A stretch of DNA of 64,000 bases from Candidatus Micrarchaeota archaeon (GTDB lineage: Archaea > B1Sed10-29 > JAJRYS01), in contig CAZXTN010000001.1 of the NCBI GenBank assembly GCA_964643685.1, positions 64,001-128,000 on the forward strand. Reading direction: 5' to 3'. The notes under the pieces were generated by a model that had not been told where the DNA came from, did no database searches, and saw only the letters and a list, made by a program, of their open reading frames with translations. Made by a program: the position numbers and the translations under genes. Below are positions 9,789 through 18,949 of this stretch, piece by piece. Each line of letters opens with the position of its first letter. Positions within the stretch are counted from its first letter, which is position 1.

Positions 9789-10346
9789 ATGAAATTGCAG
9801 AAAAAAGGCCAGGAATCAGCGCCTATTGAATTGTTAATAGGAGTAACTATCCTAACATTCGTGTTAATTATTGGGTTTTATGTCCTGCAACAAGCATCTT
9901 CACAGCAATACGAGCAAAAACTAAAAGCAAGTTTCAGCAACTTTGCAAGAGACATAGAAGCAGTTTATTTAGGAAGTGTAGGCACAAGTTTCAGGACACA
10001 AGTTGACTTCACGCCCTCTGGAAGCGGAAACGACTTTGTAATTTCATCAATTCAATTAAAACAAGGACTCTCTCCTACGTGCAGTGCCCAAACTGGAAGA
10101 AGCGACTGCATGGAATTATATGCTTACAAGAGAGACAAGTACGGCAATGAAAACTTGTTCCTAGCAGAAGTCATAAACATTCCAAGCAGCGTAAGCATAA
10201 TAGGAAGCTTTTCAAACTGCCAAGGAGGAAATTTAAGTGAAATAGGAAGTAGAGAGAGTAACCCAGATTGCTTCATTACCCCTACAAGCCACTCTTTTAT
10301 TTTGACAAAAACAGGACCTAATGAAATCACTATAAGCGAAGGATGA
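9789..10346 (+). CDS. Class III signal peptide (type IV pilin-like) protein
   Basis: MKLQKKG/QESAPIELLIGVTILTFVLIIGF. Confidence 0.8.
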   Translation: MKLQKKGQESAPIELLIGVTILTFVLIIGFYVLQQASSQQYEQKLKASFSNFARDIEAVYLGSVGTSFRTQVDFTPSGSGNDFVISSIQLKQGLSPTCSAQTGRSDCMELYAYKRDKYGNENLFLAEVINIPSSVSIIGSFSNCQGGNLSEIGSRESNPDCFITPTSHSFILTKTGPNEITISEG

Positions 10347-10353
10347 ATTTAAA

Positions 10354-10908
10354 ATGAACAAAGGATTAAGCGCTTGGCTGTTCAGCAAAATGGTAATGCT
10401 TTCATTTCTGTTAATTGTATTCAGCATCATGGGAGGGTTTCTTACAATATTAAACGAAAGAGCATTCAATGATTCAGCTTCAATACTCTGCCTTCAAGCA
10501 AGAGAATACTTGTCAGGGGTAGTGAATTCAAACGTAATAAGCGTTGAAAAAATAATGCCAATTCCAAAAGTGCTGCCAAGCGAAACAAATCAAAAAAGAA
10601 GAATGTATTACTTAGTAATAAGTTATTCCAGTTCAGACAATTCAGTTTCATTTGCAGTCACGCATGACTTGTATCATGACCAGACATATGTCTCCTCTTC
10701 CTTGCTTTACCTGCCAAGCAATTCAGGAATACAATGGGGAAGTGGAGACTTGAGAATAAGCTCAGATAAATACAGGTACTTAGTTATTCAAAAAAAACAA
10801 GGAGAAACCACAATTTACGCTTGCAAAGGAATAAACCCAACTACATTAAAAAACTGCATTTCAAGCCAAAGCCCTTCAGCTGAAAGTGATTCAATTGAAA
10901 GAGTTTAA
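10354..10908 (+). CDS. Class III signal peptide (minor pilin-like) protein
   Basis: MNKG/LSAWLFSKMVML followed by a hydrophobic helix. Confidence 0.7.
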   Translation: MNKGLSAWLFSKMVMLSFLLIVFSIMGGFLTILNERAFNDSASILCLQAREYLSGVVNSNVISVEKIMPIPKVLPSETNQKRRMYYLVISYSSSDNSVSFAVTHDLYHDQTYVSSSLLYLPSNSGIQWGSGDLRISSDKYRYLVIQKKQGETTIYACKGINPTTLKNCISSQSPSAESDSIERV

Positions 10909-11317
10909 AAGCAAATCAAGGGGGTTCATAGGCCCGATTGGCGACGACTTGCCAAGCATAATAGCAATATTGCTAGGCTTGTCTTTATTTTTCAGCGCAT
11001 TAAGCTTTACGTTAAATGTTTACAATAACAAACTGACAGCATACAACATACTAAAAGGCACAATGGAAATAGCACATAAAGTCAACGAAAAAGGAGTAAT
11101 AACTGAAAGCGCAAGCGACTTAATGCATTCAGCTGAAAAAATAGCTGAGTCATATGGGCTTGACTTCTGCATAAAAACAAAAGTAGGAAACACTAATGGA
11201 AAATCATGCACTACAGGAAACGACTGTCAAACAAGCTGGCTTCATTTCAAATACTTCACGGCATTTGAAACAAGCAACGGCATAAAACCAGGCACTTTGG
11301 AGGTATGCGCAGGATGA
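10886..11317 (+). CDS. Class III signal peptide (minor pilin-like) protein
   Basis: KSKSRG/FIGPIGDDLPSIIAILLGLSLFF. Confidence 0.7.
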   Translation: MIQLKEFKSKSRGFIGPIGDDLPSIIAILLGLSLFFSALSFTLNVYNNKLTAYNILKGTMEIAHKVNEKGVITESASDLMHSAEKIAESYGLDFCIKTKVGNTNGKSCTTGNDCQTSWLHFKYFTAFETSNGIKPGTLEVCAG

Positions 11318-11856
11318 ACAAAAGCAAAAGAAGAAAAGGGCAGTCTTCAATAATAGACGCTTTCTTATTTATAATGATCTGCTCAAGCGCGGCAGTGCTA
11401 ATGATTTACACAGCAGGGTTATATGGATTGAATAATTCAAAACAAGTTAGCATGGCATACAATTTTGAATTCATTAACAATGCTTTGATTTCAATGCATT
11501 ACATGCAAGACAACCAGGGTGATTTTTTCTGGAGCAAGTTAAGTGAAAAGTTAATATGCGATGGAAACACACCATGTGATGAAAAAATAGATGTTCAATC
11601 TTATTTGAATGGAGATGCTAAAGCAATTTGGGGTAACTTAACAACAGCTTCTCCTTCTTCAAAAATATCACTGGAATTTAAGTCAGAGGAGGACAGCAGA
11701 GACTTTTACTGCCACCCCTCATCTTCAGCAACTTTAACAGTAGCATGCACTGACTCTGACAATTATGCAGATTACACTACTATTTTTTCAAGCTCAAGCG
11801 GATTAAAAGACAAAAACGCAGACAGTTGGAAAATAACCTTAAGAATATACTACTAA
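11314..11856 (+). CDS. Class III signal peptide (minor pilin-like) protein
   Basis: MNKSKRRKG/QSSIIDAFLFIMI. GGAGGT lies upstream and ATGA overlaps the previous gene. Alternative start at 11305. Confidence 0.75.
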   Translation: MNKSKRRKGQSSIIDAFLFIMICSSAAVLMIYTAGLYGLNNSKQVSMAYNFEFINNALISMHYMQDNQGDFFWSKLSEKLICDGNTPCDEKIDVQSYLNGDAKAIWGNLTTASPSSKISLEFKSEEDSRDFYCHPSSSATLTVACTDSDNYADYTTIFSSSSGLKDKNADSWKITLRIYY

Positions 11857-12153
11857 AGAAAAAAAAGATAAACCTAAACAAAAACAAACGCCCTAAAAGA
11901 AAAAAAAAGACACAAGTTAATAACAAAATCAGAGCAACAACATGCCTATTTGATTTACTGAGAATTCAGCTGCATTTTGAAACATCGGCTTAATAATAGC
12001 CAACAGCAAAATAGCTGCAATTGCTACAATCACAGCCAAGTAAATAGGCGTCCAATTCTGTCCCTTCATCATAAACAAATCACTTCAAGTAATAACAAAA
12101 GAAAAACAAGTATAAAAACCTTTAACAAAAACAAAAAAAAGAAAAAGAAGGAT

Positions 12154-12567
12154 TTAACTCATAGAGGCATCAGGACCGATACCTACTATACAATCTTTAT
12201 TTTCATCACATGTAGCTTTAATAACTGTTTTAAAAGTGCTTGAGATAGCAACAGTATCTCCAGAAGCTGAACATCCTCCAAGTGCTGCATCACAACTAAA
12301 TTTAACACTTCCTGTTCCTCCTAAAATATCTTTAAAAGAATTGCTTGAATACACAACACCTGGCTTGAAGCTTGCTTCAGTTTGGCTTACAAAAGTAGAA
12401 CCAGGGTACTGAACTGCCTGCTGCAATTGCCCTTTAATCATAGTAGCTGGGTCTTGTCCAGGCAAGCTGATTCCCCCGAGAATAGCTAATAAAATTCCAA
12501 GAATAGCAACTGCTACTACAGCTGCAATCATTAATTTAAAAGTATCAAATGCTTGTCCTCTCATCAT
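12154..12567 (-). CDS. Type IV pilin-like protein (candidate major pilin)
   Basis: MMRG/QAFDTFKLMIAAVVAVAILGILL. A GGTGG RBS upstream of the ATG at 12567 supports a start shorter than the ORF track call. Confidence 0.8.
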   Translation of the reverse strand: MMRGQAFDTFKLMIAAVVAVAILGILLAILGGISLPGQDPATMIKGQLQQAVQYPGSTFVSQTEASFKPGVVYSSNSFKDILGGTGSVKFSCDAALGGCSASGDTVAISSTFKTVIKATCDENKDCIVGIGPDASMS

Positions 12568-12652
12568 ACAAAAAACCACCTCTTTAAGATTAATTAAAAA
12601 AAAGAAACAAAAGTATAAAAAGCTTTTCACGCAAAAAGTTAATCAAATAATT

Positions 12653-13063
12653 TTACGAAGAACAGGATTCACCTAAGTAAACATTGCAAAGAGAATGAGA
12701 AGAACAAGTTACACTTACAGGAGTGCTTAATTTCCTAGGGAAACTGCAAGAACTACCACTGCAAATACGAGGATGAAAAGCATCATCATGAAAAGAAACA
12801 CTTACTCCAATACTTGACTGGTAATAATTTTTTTCAATTAAAGCATGCTTGTCAAAGCAAATTGTTCTTTCAAAGCACTTGTCAGGGGCCCTTGACGCCT
12901 GCAGGACAAGAGTTTCAAGTTCTTTAAAACCAGGCGAAGGGCAGGTAATGTTAGAAGTTGCTTGGTAAATCAAGCCAAGCAAAGCCATTGCAAAAGCCAG
13001 GCCAATGAGCATTTTGAAGACAGTGAACGCTTGCCCCTTGTTATTAATTAATTTTAATTTCAT
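12653..13063 (-). CDS. Type IV pilin-like protein, Cys-rich, paralog of the downstream pilin
   Basis: NNKG/QAFTVFKMLIGLAFAMALLGLI. Confidence 0.8.
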   Translation of the reverse strand: MKLKLINNKGQAFTVFKMLIGLAFAMALLGLIYQATSNITCPSPGFKELETLVLQASRAPDKCFERTICFDKHALIEKNYYQSSIGVSVSFHDDAFHPRICSGSSCSFPRKLSTPVSVTCSSHSLCNVYLGESCSS

Positions 13064-15141
13064 CCGAGAACACCTGACATTTTAGAAGCAAAGAAAGCTG
13101 AAATGAAAAAGAAAAGCAGGGCAATAGGCAGACTCTTGGCTATCACTGACTTCACTGTCAGGTCATTGTCCCCTTCTTCTATTTTAGAAGTGAAGAATAA
13201 GAGAATTAAAGTCACTTGAATTACGTAAATTGCTATGATTATAAGGAAAGTCTGTGAAGAGGGGATTTGTGCAAGGGCTTCTGGATTCGAGCATAAATTA
13301 ACTGAACTCATGCCTCCTTCTGCCATTCCAGCACTTGAGCCAAGTTGTCCTGTTTTTCCACATGCTGATTTCATAGCGTCAATTATTATCTTCTGCAAGG
13401 CTGTTGTTATTCCAAGCACAAGAGGGCCTATGAAAAAAGCAATTGACTTCATCATTGAAGTGATTTCATCTAGTAATGACTTTATTTTTTCATTGATTTT
13501 CTGAGAATCTCTTAATTGCAGTGAAAGGGAAATAAGCGAACGCGCCGCGTGTTGAACTCCTAAGCTGATTGAATCCACTATTATTTTAAAACCTCCCCTG
13601 ATAAGAGTCGAAGGCACATTTTTTAATGCGCCGTAAACAGGGTCAAACAAAGCTCCTTCTACAGTCATTCCCATGTTGTTAATGTTTTCATCTGCCTTGT
13701 TGAAAACATCTGCTATTTCATTTCCTTTCATGAACTGGGCAGTGTAACCCATTGCTTCTTCCATTGGACGGTTTTCGCCTAAACGAGAAGCAAGGATGTA
13801 AATGGAATCCTGGAATCCTTTCTCCATTTTCATTATTTTCAATTGAATTTTTCTCTTAGCACTGACTTGCCCAAGCAAGTAAATAGACAAGAAAGCGCTG
13901 AAGCCGAAGAAAACTCCAGCTATTCTGAAGAAATGAAAGTAAGCAGTGACAGCTTCCTTGTTCCAAGCTTCAGGAGGGGGGTTAAGCAAAGGATCTACTA
14001 CAAAAGCAGACAAGGCGAAGACAATCAAGCCAACTGCAAGCGCAACTGCTATTGTAGGTACTGAAATTTTGCCTATTTTCATAAATCCTTTTTTAGGAAG
14101 ACCAGGATAATTATCTGGAATTTTAGGAGGGGTGTAGACAGGAGGGCGTTTTGCAAGGATGGTGCGAGCGAACATTACAGTCATTAAGGGAATTGCAATG
14201 TTGTACATGAGAATCAAATAAATTGTTTTTCCAAGAGGAAGGCCAGCCATGGCAGAGCCGATTGGAAGCATTATGATGAGAAGAAGAGGAAGGAGAACTC
14301 CTACATAGTAAAGGTAGACACTTGGTTGCCTCATTTCAGCAGCGTATTTTCCCATGTTTTCTTTCAAGCTTTCAAGAGTGTCGCTTACTGCTTTTTCTAA
14401 TAAAATTTCTCTTTTTGCTTCGTCGACTTCAATAACTGAAGAGCGAATAACCATTAACGCGTGCTTGAATTCATCAGAGTACTTTCCCCACTTGTAAGCA
14501 AGTTCATCAAGCCCTTCTTCAATTGTGTTGAATTCCCCTACTTTTGTCTTCCATGATATTTTTTTCAAGTCATCTGCTATTTTTCCCTTACCGTGTTCAG
14601 CTGCGAAGTCAACTGCTTTCTCCAAGTTCGGCGAAAGTTTCATTGACATAACCATGTAATTGATTATTTCAGGAATGTATGTGACTGACTTCATTTTCAA
14701 GTCCTTGGCAGCTGAAACAGGGTAGTTCTGCAAGTAAAAGGAAATGAAAAAAGGAAGAAGCAAAGCAGGCATGCCCACATACACTAAGTAAATGGTTGCG
14801 CCTGGAGGAATTACTCCGAAAACTTGGAAGAAAAGGTCAATTATTACAAATAAGAACAAGGGAATTGAAATCAAAGCACCTATGAACAAGCCAAGCATTG
14901 GAGCTGCATTAACTTCCCTTGGCTTTAAGTCCCAGCCGAGAAAATCAAGAGCAAGCTTGTAATCTTCCTTTTGAAACACGTTAGGTGCTTTGAACATTTT
15001 GCCTGCTTTTCGGCATAACTTGACATACCAGTTGCTGGATTTTCCCCTGCTTGGAGAATCTGCTCCGAAGTCGCTTTGTATTTTTTTAAGAAAATCATCT
15101 TCTTCTTGCTGCGGCGATTTTCTTTTGCTTGATTGCTTCAA
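13060..15141 (-). CDS. Type IV pilus membrane platform protein (TadC/FlaJ-like, two T2SSF-like repeats)
   Basis: Multiple TM helices, repeated MKLSPNLEKAV / LGENRPMEEAM elements, directly downstream of the secretion ATPase. Confidence 0.8.
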   Translation of the reverse strand: MKQSSKRKSPQQEEDDFLKKIQSDFGADSPSRGKSSNWYVKLCRKAGKMFKAPNVFQKEDYKLALDFLGWDLKPREVNAAPMLGLFIGALISIPLFLFVIIDLFFQVFGVIPPGATIYLVYVGMPALLLPFFISFYLQNYPVSAAKDLKMKSVTYIPEIINYMVMSMKLSPNLEKAVDFAAEHGKGKIADDLKKISWKTKVGEFNTIEEGLDELAYKWGKYSDEFKHALMVIRSSVIEVDEAKREILLEKAVSDTLESLKENMGKYAAEMRQPSVYLYYVGVLLPLLLIIMLPIGSAMAGLPLGKTIYLILMYNIAIPLMTVMFARTILAKRPPVYTPPKIPDNYPGLPKKGFMKIGKISVPTIAVALAVGLIVFALSAFVVDPLLNPPPEAWNKEAVTAYFHFFRIAGVFFGFSAFLSIYLLGQVSAKRKIQLKIMKMEKGFQDSIYILASRLGENRPMEEAMGYTAQFMKGNEIADVFNKADENINNMGMTVEGALFDPVYGALKNVPSTLIRGGFKIIVDSISLGVQHAARSLISLSLQLRDSQKINEKIKSLLDEITSMMKSIAFFIGPLVLGITTALQKIIIDAMKSACGKTGQLGSSAGMAEGGMSSVNLCSNPEALAQIPSSQTFLIIIAIYVIQVTLILLFFTSKIEEGDNDLTVKSVIAKSLPIALLFFFISAFFASKMSGVLG

Positions 15142-17383
15142 TTTGCCTCCTCCTCTGCACTAGTCTTTCAACCTGCTCTTTTAAAACCCATTCTTTCCAG
15201 TCTTTTTTCGCCTGCTCCCAGTCAACAAAACCCTGCGCTTGCCTCTGGTCTTCTAAAATAAGCAGCCACTTGTCATTAGCAGGCACTGTGAATTCAGCTT
15301 CAAGCAGCTGCGGAATGTTGTATTTTCTTTTCATTTCAACTAAGAAGTTCTTGGTTTCAGCGCGTGCATGAATGTCATCCCATAAGTCACTGACTTTCAA
15401 ACCACGTTTTTTTGCTATGCGTGGGAACAATTCAGAACGCTTCAACTCCTCTTGGTTTATGTAATGAGTGTCTTTTTCAGCGTCAAATTGAAGAATGTTA
15501 ATAAGCCCTCCTTCTTTTTCAGGGTCCTCGTACCAGTGTTTTCCAATTTCAGTTATTTCAACTAGCCTCCTGTTTCTTTTAAGAGAACCTTTGAATCTCA
15601 CTGGAGCTGAAGTGACTACTACGTCAGTTGCTTTGAATGAGGTGTTAGGCACTCCCAAGTCATTTACTATCCTGTCCCATACTGAGTAAGCGTTTTCACC
15701 GTGAATTGTTCCCATTACAACGTTTCCAACAGCACCTACTCTCATTGCTTCATACAAAACTTGGGCTTCTTTTGAACGCACTTCTCCTACTATCAATACA
15801 GAGTCACCGAGACGCAAAGCAGTTCTTAATGCTTCTTCAGGTGGCACTTCTGCGCTTGTTCTTGAAACACTTATTGCTGACTGCGTTTTCAGCCTTTGAA
15901 TGTTGTAACCTAGTTTTTTCATGTAAGGCACTGGAATTTCAAGAGTGTCTTCTTGTACAATTATTCTCGCTGATGGCAGTATTTCCAGCATTAAAGCCAT
16001 GAGCATTGAAGTCTTACCAGCTCCCCTAGAGCCGTTGACTAGAGTTGATGCCTGCGCGTCTATTAGGAAAGACAGCAAGCCAGCTGCAAGTGGATTAACC
16101 ATTTTAACGTCAATGAATTGAGGCAGAGTCCAAGGCGTCTGCTTGTGTAATCTTAAAGCAAGTGCTATGCCGTCAGGGGATAAAGGAGGACCTATTACAG
16201 CTACTCTTGTTTGAAGAGCGTTTAAGTCCAAGTCCATTACTGGATGCGCTTCGTCAAAAGGCCTTCCTGAAAGCGAACGGAATCTTGAGATTATTCCCTT
16301 TGCTTCTTGTTCAGTGAAAAGCACGTTTGTCTGGCAGCTGCCATATTCTCCATGCACGACGTAAACTGGTTTTGTGCCGAGAGGAGCGTCCATGTAAACG
16401 TCTGTGAGCTTCCTGTCTCTTAAAAGCAGTTCCATCATGCCGTAGCCGACAGTGTAACGGGTTACTATTTTAGCTAATTGCTGTGTTTCTTTTCCTGTTA
16501 TTATTATTTTGTTTTTCTGAGCTAAGTCAGAGATTGTTCTTTCGTAAATTTTAGCAAAGTAGTTTCTGATGTCTTCTGGTGTCATGAACCTGATTCCTTT
16601 CGGGCGGTAGGATGAAACAAGTTCTCTTGTCTTGGTTAGCAGGAAGTATTTTTCAGGGGACAAGTTGAATTCAGGTGGGTTGATGTAGTAGAGGAATTGT
16701 ATTTTTTCAGGGTGCTTGTAAATGTTGACAGTCGCGTCTTCAACTATGTATTGGTCAACTAGTTCCACGTTTGCAGGAGTGTGGAAAAAGACATTTGAAG
16801 ATACAAACGCCGGTTTTATTTGAACTTGAAACAAGGAGTGGTAAATTGCTCTTCCTTTCGGCACTTTTCCAAGTTTTTTAAGAATAAGCTTTACTTTTTT
16901 AATCAAGGTTGTTCTTTCAAAAGCGTTGTACATGAAAGCAAGGGTTCTTAAGAAGCCGTCGTCTCCTCCTGAAGCTATTCTCTGCTTTTCTTTCTTGATT
17001 AATTCAACTAACTGCAAGTAAGCTTGAATAGGGTCTGTTCTAAGAAGCTCCTGTGCTATCATTAAAACTTGCTGATTTCTTTCTTTAAGCACTTCTTCGC
17101 TCGCTTTTCCAAGACGGGATGGAGTCCACACTCCTTCTCTTAAGAACAAGTCATATAATTCAGCTATTTCTTTAATCATTTTTGTCTGTTTTTCATCGTA
17201 AATGTTTTCATAAACATCTGACAAGACAATTATGTCAGGATCAGTTTTGCCTGCTTTTTCAATGACTTCGCTCATCACTGAAGGAAAATCAGCTATGCTT
17301 GCAGAAGCTCCTTCGCCTCTGTAATCTATTATTAAATACCTCTTTCCCCCTTCTACTTTTATGGTGTAATCATGCCCAGACAT
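15095..17383 (-). CDS. Type II/IV secretion system ATPase (VirB11/CpaF/FlaI family)
   Basis: Walker A GSRGAGKT, Asp box QEDTLE, Walker B LIVGEVR, His box GTIHG. Confidence 0.92.
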   Translation of the reverse strand: MSGHDYTIKVEGGKRYLIIDYRGEGASASIADFPSVMSEVIEKAGKTDPDIIVLSDVYENIYDEKQTKMIKEIAELYDLFLREGVWTPSRLGKASEEVLKERNQQVLMIAQELLRTDPIQAYLQLVELIKKEKQRIASGGDDGFLRTLAFMYNAFERTTLIKKVKLILKKLGKVPKGRAIYHSLFQVQIKPAFVSSNVFFHTPANVELVDQYIVEDATVNIYKHPEKIQFLYYINPPEFNLSPEKYFLLTKTRELVSSYRPKGIRFMTPEDIRNYFAKIYERTISDLAQKNKIIITGKETQQLAKIVTRYTVGYGMMELLLRDRKLTDVYMDAPLGTKPVYVVHGEYGSCQTNVLFTEQEAKGIISRFRSLSGRPFDEAHPVMDLDLNALQTRVAVIGPPLSPDGIALALRLHKQTPWTLPQFIDVKMVNPLAAGLLSFLIDAQASTLVNGSRGAGKTSMLMALMLEILPSARIIVQEDTLEIPVPYMKKLGYNIQRLKTQSAISVSRTSAEVPPEEALRTALRLGDSVLIVGEVRSKEAQVLYEAMRVGAVGNVVMGTIHGENAYSVWDRIVNDLGVPNTSFKATDVVVTSAPVRFKGSLKRNRRLVEITEIGKHWYEDPEKEGGLINILQFDAEKDTHYINQEELKRSELFPRIAKKRGLKVSDLWDDIHARAETKNFLVEMKRKYNIPQLLEAEFTVPANDKWLLILEDQRQAQGFVDWEQAKKDWKEWVLKEQVERLVQRRRQIEAIKQKKIAAARRR

Positions 17384-17944
17384 AAAACCACTGCATTCAA
17401 AAAACAGTTGAAAACTGCCTTGATATTCATACTAAGCATAAGTGCTTTTTATACCTTATTCTGGTTAATTTTAAAAAATTTGAATCTGTACCCATTGAAA
17501 AAAGCGACTGCAATAGCAGCTTATAAAATGCTTGAATTAATTGGAGTTAAAGCAGGTTTGGTTTTAACAGCAGAGCCTTCAATAACAGTTGGGAAAGTGA
17601 CTGCGCAGATAACTAACTTATGCGCAGGAGACTTAGAAATAGCTTTGATTACAGCTATTATTTTGTCAACTTTTGACAGGACATGGAAAAACAGGGCTTG
17701 GGGAGTCTTGTTTGCATGGCTTTTAATTTTAATTATCAACCCATTGAGGATATTTGCTGTGCTTGCTGTCGGTTACTATACTTCCTGGCAGTGGGCTGAC
17801 TTCACTCATGACGTGCTGTTCAGGCTGACTTTGCTTGTCGTGATAGTTTTTTATTACTTCATTTGGTATGTAAAAAATGAAAAAATAAAGAAAAAGGTAT
17901 TGAAATGGGCAGAGAAAAAGGGTTTTCATTATTCACTCCATTAA
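17372..17944 (+). CDS. Archaeosortase/exosortase family protein
   Basis: Multi-TM protein with Cys-Arg-His triad contexts TNLCAG, INPLRI and FTHD. Start is uncertain (TTG 17408 possible). Confidence 0.8.
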   Translation: MPRHKTTAFKKQLKTALIFILSISAFYTLFWLILKNLNLYPLKKATAIAAYKMLELIGVKAGLVLTAEPSITVGKVTAQITNLCAGDLEIALITAIILSTFDRTWKNRAWGVLFAWLLILIINPLRIFAVLAVGYYTSWQWADFTHDVLFRLTLLVVIVFYYFIWYVKNEKIKKKVLKWAEKKGFHYSLH

Positions 17945-18873
17945 TCGGAACTACAATAATAGTAATAGCAGCTGTAGTAAGCGCCATGATGCTTCAAAAT
18001 GACGTGAGGATAAGCAGGGCTTTGTCAGATAGCTTCGAGCAAGCAAACCAGCAGAATGCAGCCAAGCTAGTTAAAGCAACTGCTGAAGTGACAATAAGAA
18101 AAGGAGTTGAACAGGGATTCAAAAAAACACTGGAAAAAGGCATAACAATTAATTATGAAAGTAGCAGCATTGAAGATTCTTTCAAGCAAGCAATTGAAAA
18201 AGGGATAAAGGATTACTTATCAACTGACTTATACAGCAATATGCTTGATGAAATTTCAACAAGCACTGGATACGACGCTCAACACATTGATTGCACTGAT
18301 TACGGCGGAGAAGCTGACAGCACGCCTGAAAATTGCCTTGCAAAAGGAATAAGCCACACTTCAATCACTCTTGTAGACGACTCCTCTAATGGAAACAGGT
18401 ACATGGCAGAGTTTGACATAGACAGGGACTATGAAGGAGCTTATGCTGTCCGTTTCAAAAACTCTGAAAACCAGTTTGTTATTCTTTCTTTAGAGCCTGA
18501 TACAAGCGAAAGCTACCCAATTGCAATTGACGCTAAAACAATGATAGGAAACGTCAAGCAAATCAAGCAAAAGCTCGCTGTGAAAGGAGATGAAAGTTAT
18601 AGGAATTTGCTTACAGGATTAAGGGACGGCGGTTTTTTCAGTGGAGTAAAGGAAGTTGACATTTACAAAAAAGAAGGCTCAGATAAGAGGTTAATACAAA
18701 TTATTTTCAAAGGAACAGAATGGGGGTTAGAGAAGGACTTTGTAATTAACTTAAAACCAAATGGAGACAGAACTGATTACCATGTTCCTGAATGCAAATG
18801 GGATGAATCAAATGGAGTGCCAAGCTTATCAAGCTTAGATCCAAATGCTATTTTATGGAATGAATGTGATTAG
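17905..18873 (+). CDS. Class III signal peptide protein (large minor pilin-like)
   Basis: MGREKG/FSLFTPLIGTTIIVIAAVV. Confidence 0.7.
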   Translation: MGREKGFSLFTPLIGTTIIVIAAVVSAMMLQNDVRISRALSDSFEQANQQNAAKLVKATAEVTIRKGVEQGFKKTLEKGITINYESSSIEDSFKQAIEKGIKDYLSTDLYSNMLDEISTSTGYDAQHIDCTDYGGEADSTPENCLAKGISHTSITLVDDSSNGNRYMAEFDIDRDYEGAYAVRFKNSENQFVILSLEPDTSESYPIAIDAKTMIGNVKQIKQKLAVKGDESYRNLLTGLRDGGFFSGVKEVDIYKKEGSDKRLIQIIFKGTEWGLEKDFVINLKPNGDRTDYHVPECKWDESNGVPSLSSLDPNAILWNECD

Positions 18874-18949
18874 TTTTAAATAAAAATACTGATTGATTAA
18901 TTAAATTAAAAGCATTGAAGAAGTTTTTAAAAAAAGCAAAGGAGGAGTT

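Noticed and set aside
9789-17383. Archaellum operon
   Set aside because: No archaellin-like N-termini and no FlaH-like ATPase were seen.
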